Source: Azolla caroliniana
Taxonomy: Eukaryota; Plantae; Polypodiophyta
Assembly (NCBI GenBank): GCA_043228905.1
Contig: JBHGNT010000013.1
Location: 1,674,001 to 1,738,000 of the forward strand
Length of the DNA: 64,000 nucleotides
Direction of reading: 5' to 3'
A model generated the notes under the pieces. The model was given only the letters and a program-made list of their open reading frames with translations. It was not told where the DNA came from and searched no databases. Position numbers and translations under genes: made by a program. Positions 11,648 to 22,756 of the stretch are shown one piece after another (position 1 is the stretch's first letter; each line of letters starts with the position of its first letter).

Positions 11648-14600
11648 ACGTGAAACGTAAATTTTCGCCCCAACAGATAATGGTAGAATTTATTGATGTT
11701 GTATATCATTCCCAACGCCTCTCGTTCTGTTGTGGAGTAGTTACGTTCGGCCGTTGATAGCTTTCGACTGGCGTAATGGACCGGTCTGTACCAATTCGGT
11801 TCTATGAGCTGCATCAACGCGTTGCCTATTGCTATATCTGAAGCATCCACAAAGACATGGAATGGTTTCACCCAATCCAGTGGTTGTACACCCAGTGCTT
11901 GTGTTAACATTATTTTAAGTGCATCGTACGGTTTTTCTTCGACTGCCTTCCATTTGAAAGGTGTGCGGTGTACGGCGGCGTGTAGTGGCATAGCGAAATC
12001 TGCCAAATACTGTAACATACAACTATGCCAACGTATTTGTCCCAAAAAATGGCTGAGTGCTTTGGAAGTCGTTGGCGTTCTCACTTGAATGATCGCGAAA
12101 ATTTTACTCGGGTCCACCGCTATCCCTTCCTTGCTTACGATGTGGTTGAGAAGGGCTCCACTAGTGACGCCGAATGCACATTTAGCCGGATTTAGGCTTA
12201 AGCGTGCAGTACGGCAGTGCTCTAGACAAAGCCGTAAATGACTTAGATGTTTTGCTGTTGTCCCATACATTGCGAAATCGTCCAGAAAGACTTGCATAAA
12301 GGCGGGTATGTATTCCCCGAAAATTTCCGTAATTGTCCGCTGCAATGTGGTAGGCACCGTCTTTAACCCAAACATCATGACTACCGCGACATAAACCCCC
12401 CCAGTCGGTGAGAAACGCCATCTTCTCTTGGTCGTCAGGATGCATGCGCACTTGATTATATCCGCTGAAGCCGTCCAGAAAACTGTACATGTCATGCTCT
12501 GTGACTACGTCTAGTACGTTGTTGGTGAAAGGTAAGGGAAACACATCTGTAATTGTTTACGACGTTCAATTTCCAATAGTCTACGCACACGTGGATTTTG
12601 CCATTTTTCTTGGGTACTACGACTATTGGGCTTAGCCACGTAGCTTGCTTAACTAGTCGAATAAACCCTACCTTGAGGAGTTTGTCAATTTCCTCTTTTA
12701 GGCGAGCTGCGTAATTCGGATTCATTCAATAACGACATTGTTGTACGGGTTTCGCATCGGTAGCTAAGTTGATCTTATGTAGGTGAAACTTCGGGTCCAA
12801 CCCCTTCATGTCTTCGTGGGACCAAGCGAACATATCTTTATATTCCTTGAGTAGCGCTATCATTGCTTCCTTCTGACTCAGGGGTAAATCCGTGGCAATG
12901 GAGAGTACTCATGGATCCGTTGTTGTTCCGACATTGACGTCTTCCAATGCTGAGGCTGAGACTCGCTGTGAGATTTCCATTTCCCGGTCAAACGTTGCTC
13001 GTGCCTTGCTTAACTCAAGCAACGATTTTGGATCCGGCTCGTACGGCTCGTCCTGAAGCGTATCACTAGGCGCGTAATCCGCAACGGTTTCCATAATATC
13101 AATTTCAAATAATGGGACGATCCACGGGTGATCATCAAGGTATGCTTCCAGCTCTGCATCATCTACCCCTTCTGGCATATTTATGTCTTGGGTTGTGTAG
13201 CCATTTCCTGAGTGGGTACGCGGATTTTGCTGCGTCCTCGTCGGAAACTGATACAATTATGCTACCAATCCTGTTTGATGTTAGCTGCCCGAAGCCACAG
13301 TCTTCCGAGCAATATTGGGTACGCTCCTGGTGTGTCAAGTGCCAATACTACTCCCGAAATGTCAAAATGATGACCGCCAACGATATTGGCTAATTTCCGG
13401 ATCAACCCTAAGGGTCGGACCGATCTGGTGTCTGCCATGCGAAGCCAAAAAGGGAAAACTTCCCAATTCGAAATTCCTAATTGTTCGCATGTAGTCGTAC
13501 TAATGACATTGACGTCGGAACTCCCATTGACTATACTTCCGTCGACTTCTTGACCTTGTATCACCAGTTTCATGGCTTGGTTGTGATGGTCTACTACTGT
13601 TGGACCAGAACTGGTTTTTGCAAAATTTGTCGAGACATCTATCCCAGATGTGCCCGTAATGTGATTCTCCATTGCTTGCCGGAATCGTGGAACCAGTTGG
13701 AGGAGCTTCTCCAAGGTCATCGTTATCTCACAGTCGGTCAGTGCTTGCCATATGGAATCCGGTGATGCCGTATCTTCTCCCCTTGGTAAGTTGTTCGCGG
13801 ACTCCTGCCTCATACATTCCGTATTTGCCGCGTTGGCTTTTTCTACTTAGGCTTGGGCTGCTTTGCGTATCTCCTCTTGCACAGTCCAGTCCGCGTTCTT
13901 GGTTTGTTGCCGTGTTGTCACTTGTTGAACTTCCGCCATAATCATATTTACGGCGGGTCCTTTGCCTTTGCGAAGTGGAGACTGAGTCGCGTAATGTCCG
14001 GGTTGTTGGCATACGAAACAATGGACACTGGACTCGCCTGTCTCTCTCTCTAGCGTTGTAGTCGTTTCTGTGGCTATTGCTTGTTCATCCCGGTTTTGTT
14101 GAAACCTCCTATTATTCCGTGGTGGGTGCCAGGGTTTGCGATGTGTCTCCTGGTGTCGTTCTTCGTCCGAATTTCCGTCGTATCGACGTTGGTCCTTATA
14201 CTGCCTATTATGTCCATGTGCCCGTGGTCCATTGAATCCCCCATGATTGGTTGCAAAATGTCAATTGTTATAACGATGCTCCCCTCTATTATATCGGTTG
14301 TTGCCTCGATATTCTTTGTCCTCCAATTCCTCTTCATCGGAATATAAGTTGTTGTTCCGGCAATTACGGTAGTGACGGTTTTCGCGCGCATTTTGTTTCG
14401 TGTATCGGGATCGTTCGTCTTGTCGGCCTTGATCATTTCGGTGAAGTGGCCTCTGTGGTTCTACGCGTCGTACTATGGGTGTGGGTCTGTTAAGCATATT
14501 GTATTCACATTGCTTGACCGTGTGTGCCTTTGAGTGACAAATTGGGCAACGAATTCGCATATTGCATTCCACCGCGGATTGCCCAGAGTTGAGACAGATC

Positions 14601-15415
14601 GTGCACTGAATATCCTGGCGGAAGCGGTGTTCCTCGTCCTGAGCCAATGCATGTCGTAACGATGACATGGAAAATCCGTCATCTTCTTCCTCCAATTCGA
14701 GTTGTAATGCCCGCTCTATACTCATATCGGTTGTTTCTCCTTTCACATTATGCGTGTTCAACGTCGTTTTGATAGGTCGTCAGAGTGCTGCCAAAAATGT
14801 CACCTTAGCTTCCTCATCTGTTGGGGCCCGTGTAAGCTGTCGTCGTAGACTTTGGAATTGTAGACTAAAATCCGCGACGGATTCTGTGGGCGATTGCTTG
14901 ATGGTGTAAAATTGTCCAATAATCTCTCGTTGCGGTACCCTTCTATAAAAAAATCACAAAAATGTTGATTGTAACTGATCGAAGGTCGTGATTGCTGCCA
15001 GGTCCATCTGAGAGTGCCAGCATGCCGCTCTACCATCCAGAGTTAATTCGAACTCTGCAATCTTCGATATGTGTGCTTCTGGTACTAGAAACCGTTGTGC
15101 CATGTGATTAGCGTTCCAAACATTCAGGAACAACCGGATGTGGTTTGCAGTGTCTGTTTCGCCGTTGAAGTGTCGATAGGAGAAGGCCATTCCGGACGCT
15201 ATGGTAGGCATGGGAAGACCACGGTTCTCGTATGGTGATAGGACTTCCTGCTTGATGTCGTGGTGTTCTGTGAGCGTGGTGTCGACTTTGTAGTCCTGAA
15301 GGGAATAACTAAAGTGAGGTTTTTGCTTTGCGTGCTCCTCTGTTTGGCCTGTGATGGACCTCGTGAGTGGTCGGTCTTGCCAGGTCGGTTCTCTGGGTCG
15401 TCTACGGCTAGACAT
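11648..15415 (-). pseudogene. C1 gag-pol remnants
   Basis: ORF pieces 14954-15415, 14261-14761 (double knuckle CTIC..CPIC), 13262-13813, 12909-13256, 12492-12725, 12182-12544 and 11605-12495, all homologous to C2. Confidence 0.88.
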
Positions 15416-15451
15416 CCATCCCTAGCTGTTCGTCTGCAAGAAATCACAGAT

Positions 15452-15465
15452 CACCGAGCGTGCCA
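15452..15465 (-). promoter_or_regulatory. PBS of C1 (tRNA-Arg(UCU)-like)
   Basis: Minus strand TGGCACGCTCGGTG 4 nt inside the LTR; tRNA identity from recall. Confidence 0.7.
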
Positions 15466-15469
15466 AATG

Positions 15470-15934
15470 TGTTACCGATACAAAACATTGTCTATCTTGA
15501 GACCTTCGAGATAGACCTCAAGGTGAGTGCGTGGCAAGGTAGGCCGTCACACGAGGCGTGAGTTGTACTCCGTCTGTTGCGTAATAACGCGTATCCTATG
15601 GGTGAAGGTTCATGGCTACGATCGAGAACCTGAGTGCGCTACTACGTTGACTCTTACCCTACGCTTTCAAAGACGCACTTACGAATAGTACAGAGATTAC
15701 ACATGACAACACGAGTTACACAAACACCGAATATCAGAGAAGATAAGATTCTATTAGAAAAGAAAACCTCACGCTTAAAAATAACATGCTACCTCTTATA
15801 GAGGATATCTGCCCTTTATATACATAGGACGTTCAGCCGTTCACGTTTCTCGCGTGAACCGTTACATTTCTTTTCTTAACGCTTCTAATATATTTACGCA
15901 TTCTGTGTGGCGGTTACAATTCCGGCGGACAACA
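15470..15934 (-). repeat. 5' LTR of C1
   Basis: TGTT...AACA termini, adjacent PBS, abrupt switch to D gag at 15935; partner LTR is outside the window. Confidence 0.75.
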
Positions 15935-17971
15935 AACTCCTTCTTTGCAATTCCAAGCACCTCCCTTAGCGACAACTCCACCTTGTTTTCAAGGATTCGT
16001 TCTTCGAGGACCATTTGCAAGTCAGTCGTCCTCTCTATCTCGGTGCCCAACAAGTAACCGGCCTGCTTCATCCGATCTTGCGGACCGGAACTACCAAAGT
16101 CGTTCTTCCCCGGCCCGCTCTGTGTCTCATACCGTTTCGAGGGTCCAGCTCCCCCGGCCTTCCATGCTCTCTTGTCCTCCACCAGAACCTCGTAGTTCTG
16201 GCATGCAACTTCTATGAAACTGGTCTTCTCCCCAACTGGGTCATCCCATCCGGTAACCTCCCAGATCCGCTTCTCCGCTTCTCCGCACGGACCACTTCCT
16301 CCTTCCTCAGTCTTACTCCGGAGAGGCCTTGTAGCACCGATGGCCAGAATCCAGAGTCATTCGTCCATTTGCTGCTGTCGTCACTACCTACCCGGATTCC
16401 GGCTAATGCCGAGTAGTGAATGGCTTCAGCGTGTCACGCCGCGACTTCTTCCATCAGCCGCTTCATTCCGCCACACCCGGTATTCAACTCTAGGGCTTTC
16501 CAGGTCTTGCTAGCGTGCACCCATCCGTTCCACAGGTACACAATGTTATTCCTAAGTGCTTCTGTGAAGTTCGCACACTCCTTCTAGATGTGACCTACCG
16601 CGTCACACCACATGCACTGCTGCCCTGCTGGAGGCCTCCGGTCGCAAGACGGCTCGCCGCTGTCTCTCCGGGCCTGCACGATCTGAAGGTCGCACACCAT
16701 CTGTGTCAGTTTTTCGAGGGCCGCTCCTCCGGATGGGCCCTTGACCATGCCGATTGAGGTTGAGCCCGTCTCAAGCCAATCTCGGGTTTCCTCCTTTCGT
16801 GTCGGAACGGGTCTTGCCGTTGACGAACCCTCGTCGCCCCATTCACGCCGTTTATCGAAACGGCTGCAGACTCTTTTTACCACGGCCCAGTAGGCCGTCA
16901 GCCACTCATCTATCTCCAGCAGGAGACCCACTTGCTCCCTATCCCGCACGTTCACTGCTTTGACGAACAATAGGACACGGCTCGTGTCAAGCACGGTCCT
17001 TTCTAGTACCGAGAGCTGTGCGAAGCGTTCCTCAAACTCCCGGAGGAGCGCCAACACGTTCTTCCCCTTTCCCGGGGTCTCCACCCTTTCCATGAAGTCC
17101 CGCTTCAATAGCGGAAGCGTGTCATCGAGCCCATATTTTTCTAGGAGCCGCCCTTTGAGTTCTCCCCAGGTTCGGCACCTAGCCTGTACCTCGAGCACCT
17201 CTGCTTGGATGCCCGGTGTTGCCACCCAAGGGAACCCGGCCAGTCACCTGTCCTCCGAGATGTCCCTCATCACCATCTCGGCTCGGTAGGCCTCTAAATA
17301 GCTCGTGGCATTCTTCCCACCGAACCAACCTATTGTGCCGGTGAATGCCTGCTTCTAGCAAGCGGCGCTTACCGGCCTAATGAATCACGACCACGTGTAC
17401 AGAACGAACAGAGATGCGCACCCACCAGACAGTGAAAGGGAAACACGCAGAAAAACACAGAGAGACAAAAAACAGAAGAATTGATTCCAACAATAAGGAT
17501 TACAACTTTGCAAGATTACAACCGGTGAGCCGGCAACAAACCCAACACAGACACTCACACTCTCATGCACACAGTGGAGCCCCTGTCGGAAGTAGTTAGG
17601 CTTTCCTCGAAGCAGAGGCAACCGACCAAGAACCTGTAGAGAGCAATGATAGAGGAGGAGAAAGCTCAGTTCCCAATCCGACAACACTCTGTCCTCGCCA
17701 AAACGTGATACCTGTTTCAACCTTCTCCCCTCTCTTTTATAGGCTGCTGAGGAGGGCCGTCATATCCTGAATACATCATCTTTATTCTCTGTCCCTTGGG
17801 ACAGAGATATGCATCGATTTCCTAGCTACTAAATGTGTACTACCTAGCATATTTACATCAGCCAACCTATTCCTAATTATGTACAACTTATCAATCCTTG
17901 TGCCCACTTGTACGGGCCAGTTCATGCACCTTTTACACTGATTCCGCCTAAGGCCGGTTTTCTTCACAACA
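15935..17971 (-). mobile_element. B-related gypsy element D: gag remnant (15935-17340) plus partly deleted 5' LTR (~17341-17971)
   Basis: gag homologous to B (LLEKYGLDD, CMWCDAVGHI, LREVLGIAKKEF). Right end reverse-complements to TGTTGTGAAGAAAACCGGCC, like the B LTR start. PBS region missing. Confidence 0.83.
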
Positions 17972-18566
17972 ACGGGCTTTGCCACTTCTTGCTCCGTTGA
18001 GAGCTGCTTCCTCTTCATTAGGTCGATGATGACCTCATGGAATTCTTTCCTGGCAATTCCGACGGCCTCTCGCAGAGTAAACTGTACGCGACTATCGAGG
18101 ATCCTTTCCTCCATTACCTTCTTCAAGTCCGTTGCTTGTTTGATCTCCGAGCAAAGTTTGAAGTTGGGGGGGTTCCCCTTCTCTTTCCAACTTTCGTCGC
18201 GTGCTTGAGACTGGTTTGGCTCTTCCCTTCTTCGTGTACCTTGAGGGTCGTATTTCCTTGATGGACTGGCTCCCTTGTCATTTCCTACCTTCTTCTCTTC
18301 TACCATTACTTCGTAGTTTTGGCAAGCGACTTCCACTAAGCCTGTCTTTTCTTCCACCAGATCCTTCCACCTGGTTGCTTCTTGGACCCTTCTTTCCGTT
18401 TCGTCCGCTTCTTCTCCTTTGAACTTTCCCCTAGAGAGGCTTCTAAGGATTGACGGCCAAAAGTCAAATTCTTTCTCCTCTTTCCCCACTCGGATCCCAG
18501 CCGATGCCGAGTAGTGGAAAGCTTCAACATGTCATGGTTTGGCCTCCTCCATTAGCCTTCACATGC
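17972..18566 (-). pseudogene. B-related gypsy relic E, gag fragment (downstream part)
   Basis: ORF 17782-18489 contains LKKVMEERILDSRVQFTLREAVGIARKEF; continues at 28691 across the G insertion. Confidence 0.82.
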
Positions 18567-18572
18567 TGTTGT

Positions 18573-19755
18573 TGTCATGATGAGACTTACATGCAATTTG
18601 AGTTTACAAGGAATCGAACCCACAACCTTGTTATATTCGCATCGAGTTCTTGACCATTGTAATGATATATTTATTTGTAAAAGAATTGATAAACTATATG
18701 AAATACTATAGAGTAATCTAGAGTACTCTATGTTCTAGAATGTTCTAGAATATTCTAGAGTGCTCTTTTGTCTAGGAAATTCTAGAATATTCTAGCATGG
18801 TCTTTATTCTAGGAAGTTCTAGAATATTCTAGCATGGTCTTTATTCTAGGACTTTCTAGAATATCCTATTAAAACTTATAAATATGCATATTACCATAAG
18901 GGATTAGATTAGATTTCCAACGGTTCGGCCCGTATGAGATCATTGGTAAGATAAGTGATGTTGCATTTCGTCTTCACCCCGTGTTTCATGTCTCCCTTCT
19001 CAAACCTTACACCACAAGTTCAATGGTTCTGGGCCATCTTACAACTCCCCCGCCATCGATAGAGTTTTTGGAAGGACCGGAATTTGAGGTTGCGGCCATT
19101 CTCGATTCCAAGATCGTGCGCAACAAGTTGTATTACTTGTCGATTGGTTAGGCTATACACCCAATGATCGAACTTGGGAACCTGTTGAAGATCTTGTCAA
19201 CGCTGCGGACATGGTCACCGAATTTCATCGACAATATCCTCATAAGCCTGGTCCTAGTTCAACCCATGCGACCCGTGATACAGGTCGTCGAAGAAGGGGG
19301 ATAGTGTCATCCATGATGACACTTACATGCAATTTGGGTTTACAAGGAATCAAACCCACAAACTTGTTATATTCGCATCGAGTTCTTGACCATTGTAATG
19401 ATATATTTATTTGTAAAAGAATTGATAAACTATATGAAATACTATAGAGTAATCTAGAGTACTCTATGTTCTAGAATGTTCTAGAATATTCTAGAGTGCT
19501 CTTTTGTCTAGGAAATTCTAGAATATTCTAGCATGGTCTTTATTCTAGGAAGTTCTAGAATATTCTAGCATGGTCTTTATTCTAGGACTTTCTAGAATAT
19601 CCTATTAAAACTTATAAATATGCATATTACCATAAGGGATCAACCAATTTGATTCAACGCCATTCTAGAGCTCCCTTGTTTACTCGTTGTATTCCACTCT
19701 TCTATTGCAATACATTATCTTTACAATACTCTCTCTCTCTCTATCTATCTTGACA
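18573..19755 (+). mobile_element. Internally deleted chromovirus F (Tcn1-like)
   Basis: Truncated 5' LTR 18573-~18904, 3' LTR 19305-19755 (TGTCA...TGACA), PPT GAAGAAGGGGGATAG, TSD GTTGT/GTCGT. Confidence 0.87.
18905..19300 (+). pseudogene. F integrase C-terminus with type I chromodomain
   Basis: FGPYEII...HPVFHVSLLKPY...[35 protein letters not shown]. Confidence 0.87.
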
Positions 19756-19760
19756 GTCGT

Positions 19761-20091
19761 CGGGGTGGGGGGTGAAGCCTAGAATTAGAATGGCTTCACC
19801 CCCCTCCCAAGGGGGTTATGATAGAGAGACAGAAAGGAGAGTGAAAATAAGAATGACACCAAAATAAGAGGGAAAAAGTTATTCATTACATACCCCATAG
19901 GGGGTTTATATAATACATCCAATGTAACGGTTACATGACCGTTATAAATAAGACCGTTACACATTCTTGTACACATGCACATAATTGTGCATGTGTCCAT
20001 ACACATACTCATCCTCACACACTCATTTACTTTACACATACACATCATTACACATACCCTTATGCTTCCCCGTATATTCTTACAGGTAACA
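19761..20091 (-). repeat. 3' LTR of G (main part; first 6 bp displaced by F)
   Basis: Direct repeat of 28356-28690. Confidence 0.9.
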
Positions 20092-20799
20092 CATGGCATG
20101 CCTGTGGGACAGTGCATTGCACGGTGAACCCACTCTCCATGGCAACTCTTCTCGACTGGAACTCCATCGGTCGTCTCAACAGCCAGAAATCCCTCGACCG
20201 GATCACTACTCTACGATCAATAACTTCGATCGGAGCTTTGCTTGACTCGAACCTTCTCGTTCAGTCAGCACAAGTCACGATTGGATCATACACCAAAAAG
20301 ATTTTCCCTTATGTTTTTTTTAAAAAAGAAAAAATAATAATTTTATGCCCTTGAATTTTCGAAATGTTCTCTTCAACCCTCCAGTTTTTGAAATTTGGTG
20401 TCATGCCCTTGAGCTTTTGAAATTCCGTCATCTGCCTTCGAACTTCCAAAATTCGGTTCTGATGCCCTCCAATTATTGAAATTTACTCAGACTGCGCTTC
20501 TCCTCTTTCCTTTTCTTAATTGCTTTTCTTACTTCCTGGTCGTCACTTTCTTCTTATTCTTCTCTTTTCATTTCTTTGTCTTCTTCTACTTCTTTGTCTT
20601 CTTCCTTTTCGTTTTCTTCTCTGTCTCTGTTTTCTCCTTCCTTTCTTTCTTCTTCGCCTTCATCCGTTTCTCCTTCTTTAGCCATGGCAAGAGCTTGGTG
20701 GAGCTCTCTCTCTACTCTGTCTTGGTCTATGTCTATGTCTGTCTAAGTCATTTCAGTTCGTCGGCCGTTAGTCGTGCCTGTCCGTTGGCCATCTATCGA

Positions 20800-21225
20800 C
20801 CATCGTCGTCGCCGTCTCTCTTGGGTGGCTGTTTTGGCCATACTCTCAACCACGCATCTCGGCCATATTCTCGGTCGCGCGTCTCGACCGCGCACGTCTT
20901 GGACAACTTCTTGGCCGCGCGTCTCGGCTATGCTCTTGACGGTGCATCTTGGCCGTCGTTTCTCGGCCATCACTTGGCCGTACTCCCGACCATGCGTCTC
21001 ATCTTGGCCGTACTCTCGGCCACGCGTCTCGTCTTGGCTATACTCTTGGCCGCGGGTCCCGGCCATACTCTCGATTGCGCGTCTCGGTCATCCTCTCGGC
21101 TACGCGCCCTGGCCGTCTTCTCGGCTGTACTCTTGACCTCGCGTCTCATCTTGGCCGTACTCTTGGTCGCGGGTCCCGACCATACTCTCGATTGCGTGTC
21201 TCAGTCGTCCCCTCTTGGTCGTCCT
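20800..21225. repeat. Degenerate ~30-bp tandem repeat inside G
   Basis: Recurrent TCTTGGCCGTACTCTCGGCCACGCGTCTC-like units. Confidence 0.8.
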
Positions 21226-21913
21226 CTTAGGAGACAAGCATGTCCGTGTGATGTTTAGAGCATGGAGATACGATACAAACATAACGATATAGGGGCAAAG
21301 CCCTGGGGTCTCTTTCTTCCTTCTTTCTTCTTTCTACCTTCTTCTTCCTCCTTTCTTCTTTCTTTCTGTTGTTGTTGTTTCTTCCTCCTCCTTTTCTCTT
21401 CTCTTGGCGTAGCGTATGTCTTCAACTGTTTTCTGTGTTTCTCTACGTCTGATGAAGCTTCCTCTTCAATCTCCTCTCCTCCTGTCCAGCTCGTCGTCGA
21501 TGGTTGCCGGCTGTCGGACCTTCTGTTCAGTAGCCCTTGTTCCTTGTCTCCTTGTCAGCATCTAGTTTGTCCGACTGGTTATCAGATGTCGATTCGGCCC
21601 CTACTGTTTGGCGGCCGACCCTATTTGGATGGTTGTCCGACTAGTCGTCTCTCTGTTCGGCCGTGTCTTTCCAGCCACATGACGTGCTTCGGCTGTTGAT
21701 TGTTTCTGTTATGCCGCCAAATGTAGGACCGTTTTTCCACCAACAGTCGTTGTCCCAATCCGACTGCTCGGTTTGCATGTCCAACAGCTATCGAACCACG
21801 CCATTCGCCATCCACCGTACCACCGCTGTCTCTATCTAGAGGATCATCCAATTTGACAATCCTTTGCAACTTCGTGCCTCCTTCCTCTATTGAAATTCAC
21901 AGATCATGTCATT

Positions 21914-22730
21914 TGTTATGTAAAGGTGTCCCTCCTTGTGGGGGAGTCGGCCGAAAAGTCAACTTAAGAGTCGGCTGGTCGAAATCGGCTGAGAAGTCGT
22001 AATGAGTCGGCTGACCGAAATCAGCTGAAAAGAGTACGCTGACCAAATTTGGTCGGAGAGCAAAAGCGAATAGTCGGTTTGCTGAAGAACCGAATTCAAT
22101 GTGAAAGGCAAATTTGAACTCAATCAAATAAGAGTTCAAACACACATATAGATATATATATGACTTCTTGTATATATGTAAGAAATGACTTAGTATATAT
22201 ATACTAACAGGCGTAGTAGTGCGCCTGTATGTGGGATAACTCACTAGAAGTAAAACAATGAGAAAAAGGGGAGAAATATATATATATCGTTAAGTGAGTG
22301 CATGAGATATATATATATGTGTGAGTGAAAAATGAGATGTATGTGTCACGTGACTTAGAGAACTACTAAGTATATACACAGTAGTGGCTGTGCAAGAAAA
22401 TATACTCAGAAGCTAAGTGAGAGGAAGAAGGAAGGGTGAAACAAAAAAGAAGAGAGATTAAAAGAAGAGAAGCTAAGGAAGTTTTGAACTGAAAGACATC
22501 TACGTGTTAGGGTTTGGAATGCTCATTGGAAATTGTGGTTTCAGAGAACATTCAGACCAGATCAGGTGCTTTCATTCTATGGTTGTATTTTGTCCTCTAT
22601 TATAGTGGAAATCTCTGTTCCGTGGTTTTTCCCTGAAATCAGGGTTTTCCACGTAAATCGTGTGCTCTTCTTCATTTTCTGTTTGTGTCTAAGTTTGATT
22701 TCGTAATCTTGTCTGAGTGAAATTCTATCA
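21914..22730 (+). repeat. 5' LTR of H
   Basis: Direct repeat of 26634-27476; internal GTCGG(C/T)TGACCGAA repeats differ in copy number between the two LTRs. Confidence 0.95.
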
Positions 22731-22756
22731 AACTGATATTAGAGCATAGGTTCTAG

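Larger units (their letters stand above)
11648..15934 (-). mobile_element. Degenerate Ty3/gypsy element C1 (same clade as C2), interrupted in RNase H by A1
   Basis: gag 15415-~13800, protease 13262-13813, RT (YSFLDGFSGYNQV, VFLDDF), RNase H (VDASDIAIG, TEREALG); LTR and PBS at right end. Confidence 0.9.

Noticed and set aside
18715-18865. TCTAGA-rich repeat as an independent satellite
   Set aside because: It is an internal part of the F LTR and is duplicated at 19450-19600.
20476-21699. Phe-rich membrane protein ORFs (260 aa, 145 aa)
   Set aside because: These are translations of pyrimidine tracts and a tandem repeat inside G.
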